Assembly (NCBI GenBank): GCA_947624455.1
Contig: CANQKL010000001.1
Location: 1 to 45,276, forward strand
Length of the DNA: 45,276 nucleotides
Source of the DNA: an uncultured Clostridia bacterium
GTDB lineage: Bacteria > Bacillota > Clostridia > UMGS1883
Direction of reading: 5' to 3'
Shown: positions 8,453 to 17,153 of the stretch, one piece after another
Layout: the number at the start of each line of letters is the position of its first letter
Position numbering within the stretch: the stretch's first letter is position 1
Translations under genes and position numbers: made by a program
Notes under the pieces: model-generated
What the model saw: the letters and a program-made list of their open reading frames with translations, nothing else
Database searches by the model: none
Told to the model about the DNA's origin: nothing

Positions 8453-9400
8453 ATGGATACAAAAATTCTCGCGGCGGGCATAGCGGGCTTTGTGGTGACG
8501 GCCGCTGTTGTTCCGGCGCTCATACCCTTCCTCCGCAGGCTCAAGTTCGGGCAGAGCATACTGGAGGAAGGCCCTAAATGGCACGCCAAAAAGCAGGGTA
8601 CGCCCACCATGGGCGGCCTGGCCATGATAGCGGCGGCGGCTTTGGGCGGCCTGATAGGCGGCGGAGACCTTAAGTCTCTGGCGGTGGTCGCCGCGGCCGC
8701 GCTGTTCGGCGTGGTCGGCTTTGTGGACGACTACATCAAGGTGGTCAAAAAGCACAACCAGGGCTTTACCCCCATACAAAAATTTGGCTGTCAGATATTG
8801 GTGAGCCTGGCCTTCGCCCTGTTCATCTATTTCGTGGAGGGGCGAAGCTCCACACTGGTGCCCTTCGCGGGGACATACCTGAATATGGGGGCGCTGTACA
8901 TCCCCTTCGCCATGCTGGTGCTGCTGGCTACCACCAACAGCGTCAACCTCACCGACGGCCTTGACGGACTGGCGGCCTCGGTGACTACGGTTGCGGCCAT
9001 GTTCTTTACGGTTGCCTGCGTGATCCGCGACGAGGTTGGCTGCGCCGCCTTCATGTTCGCGGTGGCGGGGGCCTGCCTGGGCTTCCTCATTTACAACTTT
9101 TATCCGGCCCGCATCTTTATGGGGGACACGGGCAGCCTCTTCTTGGGGGGCGCGCTGGGCTGCGCGGCCGTGGCCTCGGGACTGGAGCTTTTCCTGATAA
9201 TAGCGGGCTTTGTGTTCCTGTTCGAGACGCTGAGCGTGATTATCCAGGTGAGCGTGTTCAAGAAAACCGGCAAGCGGGTTTTCAAAATGACCCCCGTCCA
9301 CCATCACTTTGAAATGTGCGGCTGGAAGGAGCCGAAAATCGTGTTCTTATTCTCAGGGGTCACGCTGCTGCTGGCGGCGGTAGCCTATTTGGGACTGTAA
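8453..9400 (+). CDS. mraY: Phospho-N-acetylmuramoyl-pentapeptide transferase
   Basis: Polytopic membrane protein with MraY signatures (GTPTMGG, NLTDGLDGLA, FMGDTGSL, PVHHHFE). Confidence 0.95.
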   Translation: MDTKILAAGIAGFVVTAAVVPALIPFLRRLKFGQSILEEGPKWHAKKQGTPTMGGLAMIAAAALGGLIGGGDLKSLAVVAAAALFGVVGFVDDYIKVVKKHNQGFTPIQKFGCQILVSLAFALFIYFVEGRSSTLVPFAGTYLNMGALYIPFAMLVLLATTNSVNLTDGLDGLAASVTTVAAMFFTVACVIRDEVGCAAFMFAVAGACLGFLIYNFYPARIFMGDTGSLFLGGALGCAAVASGLELFLIIAGFVFLFETLSVIIQVSVFKKTGKRVFKMTPVHHHFEMCGWKEPKIVFLFSGVTLLLAAVAYLGL

Positions 9401-9418
9401 ATATTAGGAGGAGATCTG

Positions 9419-10588
9419 ATGGAAAAATCCCGCCCCGTTAAGGTAAGGGGCCCATTCGCCGGAACAAGGACCTTCTTTTCCCACTTTATGGTGAAAATAA
9501 AGCGGAACGAGCGCGTGGATTTCATGCTGTTCATTCTGGTGATAGTCCTCCTGTGCTTCGGCCTGATAATGCTGTTTTCAGCCAGCCAGAACACCAGCCG
9601 GGAGAACATCTACTCCACCATCGTCCATCAGGTGGTGTTGGCGGCCTTGGGGCTGGTGGTGATGTTTTTGACCTCCAGACTGGACTATCACGCCTACCGC
9701 AAGCCCTCGGGAGCCATCTTTTGGGTGGTAATGGCGTTGATGGTCATTGTGCCGGTGTTCGGCATGGCCTCCCACGGGGCCACCAGACAGATCGACCTGG
9801 GCTTTGTGAGCTTCCAGCCCTCGGAAATATGCAAGTTCGCCCTTGTGATATACTTCGCGGCCCTGCTCTCCAGCAAAAAGCACAGCGACCTGAAGAACTG
9901 GAAAAACGTGGCCCGCTACATCATAATCCTGCTGGCTGTGGCCGGAACCTGCGTGCTGCAAAGCCATCTTTCCGCCATGCTGCTGATTTTGGCTGTGGCC
10001 TTTGTAATGCTTATCGCGGCGGGGCTGCCCTGGGGGTACATAGCCGCCATGGGCGGAGCTATCGCCCTGGGCGGCGGCGCGCTGGCCATACTTGAACCCT
10101 ACCGTATGCGGCGGCTGCTCATCTTCCTGGACCCCTTTTCCGACCTGCGGGGCGACGGCTGGCAGATAGTCAATTCCCTTTACGCCGTGGGCAGCGGCGG
10201 GATGCTGGGGGTAGGCTTCGGTCAGTCCCGCCAGAAGTACGGCTACCTGCCCGAGGCCCTGAACGACTACATCTACGCCATTGTCTGCGAGGAGCTGGGC
10301 TTTGTGGGCGGACTTTTCGTGCTGGCTCTGTTTTTTGCCCTCATACTGCGGGGCGTGCAGATCTCCCTCGCCGCCAGGGATTCCTTCGGCACATATCTGG
10401 GCTTTGGCATAGTGACTATCGTGGCCCTTCAAGTGCTGATAAACGTGGGCGTGGTACTTTCCGTACTGCCCTCCACCGGAATGCAGCTCCCCTTTTTCAG
10501 CTCCGGCGGCACCTCCCTCATAATCATGATGGCGGGGCTGGGAATACTGATGAACATATCCCGGTTCAGCACCCAGAACAAGATCTGA
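9419..10588 (+). CDS. ftsW: SEDS-family peptidoglycan glycosyltransferase FtsW/SpoVE
   Basis: About 10 TM segments; conserved SEDS blocks (QPSEICKF, GQSRQKYGYLPEALNDYIYA, LPFFSSGGTS); sits in the dcw cluster. Confidence 0.85.
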   Translation: MEKSRPVKVRGPFAGTRTFFSHFMVKIKRNERVDFMLFILVIVLLCFGLIMLFSASQNTSRENIYSTIVHQVVLAALGLVVMFLTSRLDYHAYRKPSGAIFWVVMALMVIVPVFGMASHGATRQIDLGFVSFQPSEICKFALVIYFAALLSSKKHSDLKNWKNVARYIIILLAVAGTCVLQSHLSAMLLILAVAFVMLIAAGLPWGYIAAMGGAIALGGGALAILEPYRMRRLLIFLDPFSDLRGDGWQIVNSLYAVGSGGMLGVGFGQSRQKYGYLPEALNDYIYAIVCEELGFVGGLFVLALFFALILRGVQISLAARDSFGTYLGFGIVTIVALQVLINVGVVLSVLPSTGMQLPFFSSGGTSLIIMMAGLGILMNISRFSTQNKI

Positions 10589-10641
10589 CCGGCGGCAAAA
10601 GTGAAAACCTTGCCGATAAATAAATTGAAAAGGGTGATAAC

Positions 10642-11739
10642 ATGAGAATTTTGCTATCCGGCGGCGGGACCGCCGGTCACATAAACCCCGCCCTCGCCAT
10701 TGCAAGGGTGGTTTTGGCCCACGAGCCTGACAGCCAGATCCTCTTTGTGGGTACGCGAAACGGCATGGAGCGGCGGCTCGTCCCTCGGGAGGGCTTTGAC
10801 ATCGAATATATCGAGGTGATGGGCCTGCGCCGCAAGCTGACGCTGGAAAATGTGAAGGTGGCCGTAAACTACTTTACCTCCATCAGGGACGCGGGGCGCA
10901 TCATCGACCGCTTCCGTCCCGACGCGGTGGTCGGCACGGGAGGCTATGTCTGCGCTCCGGTGATAAAGGCCGCCCTCAAGCGGAACATACCCACCCTTAT
11001 TCACGAGCAGAACGTTTTCCCCGGCCTGGCCATCAAAATGCTGGCGAAAAAGGCCTCGGTCACCGCTATCAGCTTTGACGAGACCCGCTCCATGATGAAG
11101 GCGGGGAATATGGTACTCACCGGCAACCCTCTGCGCCCCGACCTCTTTGAGAGCGTGGACAAGGAAGCCCTTCGCCGGGAGCTGGAGTTGGACTCCCGTC
11201 CCGTGGTTCTGGCCTTTGGGGGGAGCCTTGGGGCCGAACGCCTCAACGACGCCCTTGTGGAGATGATAAAGAACGGCGTAAAGAACTTCAATCTGGTGGC
11301 CGCCACTGGGGAAAAGCACTATAAGGAGGTCACGGACGCTCTGCTTTACGCCAACGTGACCCCTAACGTGAAGCTGCTTCCCTACATATATAACATGAAG
11401 GAAATGTTCGCCGCGGCCGATCTTGTGGTCTGTCGGGCCGGAGCAATAACCGTCAGCGAGCTTTGCGCCCTGGGCAAGGCGTCGGTGCTGATACCCAGCC
11501 CCTACGTGGCCCACAACCATCAGGAGTACAACGCCCGTTACCTGGAAAAGAACGGCGCGGCGAGGGTCTTGCTGGAGAGCGAGCTTAACGGCGAGTCCCT
11601 GCGCCGAACCATCGAGGAGTGCGCGGCCAACTCCGCCGGTCTTGAGGAAATGCGCCGCCGCGCCAAAAGCATCGGCATAGCCGACGGCGGCGAGAAAATT
11701 TACGCCCAACTGAAAAAGCTGACGGACAAGGCCCGCTGA
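10642..11739 (+). CDS. murG: UDP-N-acetylglucosamine--N-acetylmuramyl-(pentapeptide) pyrophosphoryl-undecaprenol GlcNAc transferase
   Basis: N-terminal GGGTAGHINPALA motif and the C-terminal GT28 domain. Confidence 0.93.
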   Translation: MRILLSGGGTAGHINPALAIARVVLAHEPDSQILFVGTRNGMERRLVPREGFDIEYIEVMGLRRKLTLENVKVAVNYFTSIRDAGRIIDRFRPDAVVGTGGYVCAPVIKAALKRNIPTLIHEQNVFPGLAIKMLAKKASVTAISFDETRSMMKAGNMVLTGNPLRPDLFESVDKEALRRELELDSRPVVLAFGGSLGAERLNDALVEMIKNGVKNFNLVAATGEKHYKEVTDALLYANVTPNVKLLPYIYNMKEMFAAADLVVCRAGAITVSELCALGKASVLIPSPYVAHNHQEYNARYLEKNGAARVLLESELNGESLRRTIEECAANSAGLEEMRRRAKSIGIADGGEKIYAQLKKLTDKAR

Positions 11740-11804
11740 GGAGCCTTAACACACTTCCCCGTCCCCGCATAATATAAAGTATAGTTATGCGTGGAGGTGC
11801 GGGA

Positions 11805-13001
11805 ATGGGCGACTACATAGTTGTCGGCAAAAGACCCCTTGACGGAAAATTGAAGGTTTACGGCGCGAAAAACGCCGTCCTGCCCATATTGGCTGGCTGC
11901 GTCCTGTCCAGCGGCGGGGTGCTGCTCGACAACTGCCCCCGTTTGAGCGACGTGAGCTATACCCTTGGCATACTGGAACGCCTTGGGTGCAGGACTGCCT
12001 TTGACGGGGAAAAGATTTTCGTCAACCCGGCGGGGATAGACTCCTGGACGGTGGACACCGGCGGCGGGGATATGCGCAGCTCCGTGAACTTTCTCGGGGC
12101 GTTGGCTGGCCGGTTCGGGGCGGCGGCCCTGCCCCTGCCCGGCGGGTGCAAGCTGGGCAGGCGGCCCATAGACATCCACATTCGGGCCTTGAAGGCCATG
12201 GGGGTGGAGGTGGAGATCGACGGCGGAACGGTGCTGGCCTACGGCCATCCCCGGGGGGCCAGCGTGCAACTTGACTTCCCCAGCGTGGGAGCCACTGAAA
12301 ACGTGATACTGGCCGCCGTCACCGCCCCGGGAATGACCGTTCTCTCCAACGCCGCCCGTGAGCCGGAAATAGGCGATCTGTGCCGCTTCCTTACGGCTAT
12401 GGGAGCCAAAATACACGGGGTGGGCAGCGATATGCTCAGGATAGAGGGCGTCAGCCGCTATATGTGCGCCGTCATGACCGCCGGGGGCAGGCTTGAGATA
12501 GAAAACGCCGTCCGGCCCCATCTCCGGGAGGTAGCCGCCGTCCTGACCCGCTGCGGCGGGGATATAAGCTGGGGCAGGGACAGCGTCTCTCTCCGGGCGC
12601 CAAAGATCCTGGGCGGCTGCGGGACTGTACGAACCGGCGTGTACCCGGGCTTCCCCACCGACTGCCAGTCTCAGGTCATGGCGGTCATGGCCTGTTCCAG
12701 GGAGCCGGGGGTCATGATAGAAAATATTTTTGAAAGCCGCTTTAAGATTGTGCCGGAGCTTCGGCGCATGGGAGCGGACATTTGCTGCCTTGGCCGGGAG
12801 GCCCGGGTCAGGGGCGGCGATCTGCGGGGAGAACGCTTGCAGGCCAGGGACCTGCGGGGCGGAGCGGCTCTGGTAGTGGCGGCCCTTGGGGCCAAGGGCG
12901 AGAGCCGGGTGTCCGGCACGGAGTATATCGCCCGGGGCTACCGCGATCTGGCGGGAGAGCTGGCCTCTGTGGGGGCGGACATAAGGGTGAGCCGGGACTG
13001 A
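11805..13001 (+). CDS. murA: UDP-N-acetylglucosamine 1-carboxyvinyltransferase (divergent MurA paralogue)
   Basis: Start ATG 11805 (GGAGGTG at 11792-11798). GAKNAVLPIL, catalytic-Cys loop LPGGCKLGRRPIDIH, and FPTD all present. The PDRIEAGT segment appears to be missing. Confidence 0.8.
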   Translation: MGDYIVVGKRPLDGKLKVYGAKNAVLPILAGCVLSSGGVLLDNCPRLSDVSYTLGILERLGCRTAFDGEKIFVNPAGIDSWTVDTGGGDMRSSVNFLGALAGRFGAAALPLPGGCKLGRRPIDIHIRALKAMGVEVEIDGGTVLAYGHPRGASVQLDFPSVGATENVILAAVTAPGMTVLSNAAREPEIGDLCRFLTAMGAKIHGVGSDMLRIEGVSRYMCAVMTAGGRLEIENAVRPHLREVAAVLTRCGGDISWGRDSVSLRAPKILGGCGTVRTGVYPGFPTDCQSQVMAVMACSREPGVMIENIFESRFKIVPELRRMGADICCLGREARVRGGDLRGERLQARDLRGGAALVVAALGAKGESRVSGTEYIARGYRDLAGELASVGADIRVSRD

Positions 13002-13020
13002 AAATTAACGAGCTGAAAGG

Positions 13021-13935
13021 ATGAGAGCCGTGAAAAAACGTCGGCGCAGACTGAAAAAACAGATTTCCATTGGGTTGACCGTCTTTTGCCTGCTGGCCGC
13101 GGGCTGCATGGCTCTGCTGCTGACGCCTCTTTTCAATGTGTCCACCGTTACCGTCACCGGCAATACCACCATCGGAACCGAAGCCATCGTCAAGGGCAGC
13201 GGCATCGTCAAGGGGACTAATATATTCAGCGTCAGTCTCAGCGCTGTGACCGACCGGCTGTCCGGCATGAACGGCGTGAGCGCCGTAAAAGTGAAGCGCA
13301 GCCTTCCCTCCACCATACGCATCTCCATAACCGAGGGCGTTCCCATGGTCTATGTGGAAAACGGCGGCAGCTTTGTGGGCATAACCGCCGACGGTAAGGT
13401 GGTGGATGTGGCCGAGGCCGGTTCAGCGGCGGCCGCCGTCATCGCCAACCCCCTTGAGCGGGAGCCTGACGGCGAAGCCGACAGCGAAACCGGCGAAACC
13501 GACGGCGAAACTGACGAGAATACCGACGAGGAGACTGACGGGGAAACCGACGGGGAGACCGGCGAAGCCGACGGGGCCGCCTCCTCTCCCAAGGGGACAG
13601 GCTCCGGCAGGACGGTGGTGTACGGCATGGGGGCTTTCACCTATTCCGTGGGCAAGGAGATAGCGTTCGAGGATCAGGTCAAGGCCCGTAAGCTGGAGCT
13701 TTTGATGAGCGATTTCCTGGGCGACGACATCTGCCGGGGCTTTACCCAGGTGGACATGGCCGCCTATGACAATATAACCATGGTCTATCAGGGCCGACTC
13801 AAGGTGCGTCTTGGGGACGCGGAGGATCTGGATTACAAGCTCCGCTGCTTCAAGACCATAATCACGGAAAATCTGGGCGAGGATCCCGTAGGCTTGCTGG
13901 ATCTGGAACGCTTGACATATAATCCCAAAAAATGA
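13021..13935 (+). CDS. ftsQ: Cell-division protein FtsQ/DivIB (POTRA) with an internal acidic low-complexity insert
   Basis: Basic N-terminus, one TM helix, POTRA-like NVSTVTVTGNT...IRISITE. Located immediately upstream of ftsZ. Confidence 0.75.
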   Translation: MRAVKKRRRRLKKQISIGLTVFCLLAAGCMALLLTPLFNVSTVTVTGNTTIGTEAIVKGSGIVKGTNIFSVSLSAVTDRLSGMNGVSAVKVKRSLPSTIRISITEGVPMVYVENGGSFVGITADGKVVDVAEAGSAAAAVIANPLEREPDGEADSETGETDGETDENTDEETDGETDGETGEADGAASSPKGTGSGRTVVYGMGAFTYSVGKEIAFEDQVKARKLELLMSDFLGDDICRGFTQVDMAAYDNITMVYQGRLKVRLGDAEDLDYKLRCFKTIITENLGEDPVGLLDLERLTYNPKK

Positions 13936-13968
13936 TAAAAAAATTTTAAGAAAATTTAAAATTAGCTA

Positions 13969-13997
13969 TTGAATATATTGAAAATATATTGTATAAT
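13969..13997 (+). promoter_or_regulatory. SigA-type promoter upstream of ftsZ
   Basis: TTGAAT (13969-13974), 17-nt spacer ending in TG, TATAAT (13992-13997), in an AT-rich spacer. Confidence 0.55.
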
Positions 13998-14049
13998 AGA
14001 ATATATTGATGTACGTGCGAAAAAATTACACGGCGAGGAGGACTTTCCA

Positions 14050-15108
<1,059 letters not shown>

Positions 15109-15159
15109 GGTACATAGCGGCAATAGATTCAAAAGGGTATCTGGCCCGGAGCATAAGGA

Positions 15160-15187
15160 GAAAATTCGCTCATGAGGGCGAATTTTC
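15160..15187 (+). terminator. Hairpin after ftsZ (possible terminator; no clean U-tract)
   Basis: gaaaattcgc / gcgaattttc is a 10-bp stem with an 8-nt loop. Confidence 0.4.
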
Positions 15188-15263
15188 TACATTAATACTA
15201 AAAGCGGCGAAGCCCGGCTTGTGACGGAGCTTTTACGGCGGTTATAAAACGAAAAGAGTAATA

Positions 15264-15292
15264 TTGACAATTCCATTTTCGGGTGATATAAT
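15264..15292 (+). promoter_or_regulatory. Consensus SigA promoter of the DUF6291-like gene
   Basis: TTGACA (15264-15269), 17-nt spacer ending in TGa, TATAAT (15287-15292). Confidence 0.65.
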
Positions 15293-15317
15293 GCCCCCAG
15301 AGAAAGAGGGGGATAAA

Positions 15318-15611
15318 ATGGAAAAAGACGTGGAAAAAAAGAGCTTTTTGTTCTACTATGACTACCGTCGGCACTTGTCGCTGCTCACTGACGAGGAGCG
15401 GGGGAAGCTGCTGATGGGGCTGTTGGACTATGGTGAGGACGGCTCCCGTCCCAAGCTGAACGGGGCGGCGGCAATGGCCTTTTCCTTCATTTCGGCCCAG
15501 ATGGACCGTGACGCCGAAAAGTACGCCGAGGTTTGCAAGGCCCGCAGCGAGGCTGGCAAAAAAGGGGCCAAGCAGCGGTGGCGCGGCAAAGATTCGGACA
15601 GCGTCCAATAG
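15318..15611 (+). CDS. DUF6291-like small protein (a family seen in phage/ICE replication modules)
   Basis: ATG 15318 follows AGAGGGGG. FLFYYDY...LTDEERGKLLMGLLDYGEDG...AAMAFSFISAQMDRDAEKY...EAGKKGAKQR matches my memory of the DUF6291 pattern. Not verified by search. Confidence 0.55.
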   Translation: MEKDVEKKSFLFYYDYRRHLSLLTDEERGKLLMGLLDYGEDGSRPKLNGAAAMAFSFISAQMDRDAEKYAEVCKARSEAGKKGAKQRWRGKDSDSVQ

Positions 15612-15744
15612 CAAAAGCCATATTTGCCATGAGGCCTTATGGCAAAAATAGCTGATACGGATAAAGAAAAAGAAACAGAAACAGAAAAAGATACTGATAA
15701 AGTAAAACAAAATGATATAGATATAGTAATAGTAGATGGGCCGC

Positions 15745-15843
15745 TTTTCCACAGCCTCTTTGATTTTCCCCATAATAGCGGGCGTTTACCCTGTGGAAAA
15801 CTCGTGAAAAATTGTGGAAAGCCTGTGGAAAGCCTGTGGAAAA
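15745..15843 (+). repeat. DnaA-box-like / iteron array: one inverted box plus five tandem 10-11 nt units
   Basis: TTTTCCACA at 15745-15753. TGTGGAAAA 15792, cGTGAAAAA 15803, TGTGGAAAG 15813, TGTGGAAAG 15824, TGTGGAAAA 15835. Confidence 0.6.
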
Positions 15844-15892
15844 CCCTTGGCGCGGGCGGAAAAAAATTTTTTAAAAAATTTCTGTTTCCCTA

Positions 15893-15921
15893 TTGCATAA
15901 TTATAAAAAATAGTGTATAAT
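15893..15921 (+). promoter_or_regulatory. SigA-type promoter of argD-argF
   Basis: TTGCAT (15893-15898), 17-nt spacer ending in TG, TATAAT (15916-15921). Confidence 0.6.
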
Positions 15922-15927
15922 GATACA
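15894..15927 (+). promoter_or_regulatory. Two ARG-box-like palindromes overlapping the argD promoter (candidate ArgR/AhrC operator)
   Basis: TGCATAATTATAAA (15894-15907) and TGTATAATGATACA (15914-15927), compared with the TGAAT-w4-ATTCA core. Starts are 20 nt apart. Confidence 0.35.
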
Positions 15928-15953
15928 TATTTTATTCGAGAGGTGGATTTGCC

Positions 15954-17153
15954 ATGACCTTACAGGAAATCATGGATGTAGACGAAAAATATTACATGAA
16001 CACCTTCGGCAAGAGGCTGCCCGTGGCCTTTGACCACGGAAAGGGGATGTACCTCTACACCGAGGCCACCGAGGAGTGTCCCCAGGGCGAAGCCTATATG
16101 GATATGTTCGCCGGTATCGCCGTAACGGCCCTGGGCCACTGTCACGAGGGCTTTACCAAGGCCGTTCAGGAGCAGGTGGGCAAGCTCGTCCACACCTCCA
16201 GCCTGTATTACATAAAGAATCAGGCTTTGCTGGCGAAAAAGATCTGCGACTGCTCCGTGGCCGACCGGGTGTTTTTCTGCAACAGCGGGGCCGAGGCCAA
16301 CGAGGGAGCCATGAAGCTGGCCAAGATATACTTCTACAAGCGGGGCGAGGAAAGGTTCGAGATCATCACCCTCAACAATTCCTTCCACGGCCGGACTCTG
16401 GCCACCGTGGCCGCCACCGGTCAGCCCAAGTATCAAAAGCCCTACAAGCCCCTTGTCCCCGGCATAAAGCACGTTGACATCAACGACTTTGAGGGGCTGG
16501 AGGCCGCCGTCACCGACAAGACCTGCGCCATTATGCTGGAGGCGGTCCAGGGGGAGAGCGGCGTCCACCTTTGCACCGACGAGTACCTGCTCAAGGTGCG
16601 CAGGCTCTGCGATGAAAAGGGCATCCTGCTCATCTTTGACGAGGTTCAAACCGGCATGGGCCGCACCGGCGAGATGTTCGCCTACCAGACCACCCCTGTG
16701 GAGCCGGATATATTTACCCTGGCCAAGGCTTTGGGCGGCGGGGTTCCCATTGGCGCCCTGTGCGCCAAGGAGTTCGTGGCCAGCGCCTTCGAGCCGGGAG
16801 ATCACGGCGGCACCTTCGGCGGCAATCCTTTGGCTACCGCCGCTGGAATGGCCGTGTTCGAGGCCTTTGAAAAGGAAAATATTTTGGACAACGTTCGGAA
16901 AATGGGCGACTATTTTGAGGAGAGGGTAAAGGCCCTGAACTCCCCCGACATTCTGGAAATACGCCGCAAGGGCCTGATGATAGGGCTGCAAATGCCCCAG
17001 GGCCGGGCGGCTCAGGTGCAGAAGCGGCTCTTTGAGGACAAGGTTCTGGTGGGCTGCGTGGGCGGCCACACATTGCGGATACTTCCGCCCCTCGTCATTT
17101 CAAAAATGGATATAGACATTTTTGTGGAAAAGCTTTGGGAGGCAATGGCATGA
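15954..17153 (+). CDS. argD: Acetylornithine aminotransferase (class III PLP aminotransferase)
   Basis: Motifs NSGAEANEGAMKLA, DEVQTGMGRTG and TLAKALGGG (PLP lysine). Start overlap (ATGA) with argF. Confidence 0.88.
   Translation: MTLQEIMDVDEKYYMNTFGKRLPVAFDHGKGMYLYTEATEECPQGEAYMDMFAGIAVTALGHCHEGFTKAVQEQVGKLVHTSSLYYIKNQALLAKKICDCSVADRVFFCNSGAEANEGAMKLAKIYFYKRGEERFEIITLNNSFHGRTLATVAATGQPKYQKPYKPLVPGIKHVDINDFEGLEAAVTDKTCAIMLEAVQGESGVHLCTDEYLLKVRRLCDEKGILLIFDEVQTGMGRTGEMFAYQTTPVEPDIFTLAKALGGGVPIGALCAKEFVASAFEPGDHGGTFGGNPLATAAGMAVFEAFEKENILDNVRKMGDYFEERVKALNSPDILEIRRKGLMIGLQMPQGRAAQVQKRLFEDKVLVGCVGGHTLRILPPLVISKMDIDIFVEKLWEAMA

Noticed and set aside
15791-15845. Direct repeats as a mini CRISPR array.
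   Set aside because: The units are 10-11 nt, contiguous and without spacers. There are no cas genes, and the size and geometry are wrong for CRISPR.
15639-15920. 93-aa ORF (MAKIADTDKEKETE...) as an independent gene.
   Set aside because: It has no RBS. It runs through the repeat array and the argD promoter, and its composition changes from acidic repeats to translated boxes (CGKLVKNCGKPVESLWK). It is more likely non-coding or a decayed gene tail.
15745-15950. Interpreting the DnaA-box-like array plus AT tract as the chromosomal oriC.
   Set aside because: Genes on both sides (dcw cluster, argDF, r-protein operons) are on the same strand with no orientation switch. No dnaA, dnaN or rpmH is nearby. 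It is kept only as an origin-like or regulatory module, not as oriC.
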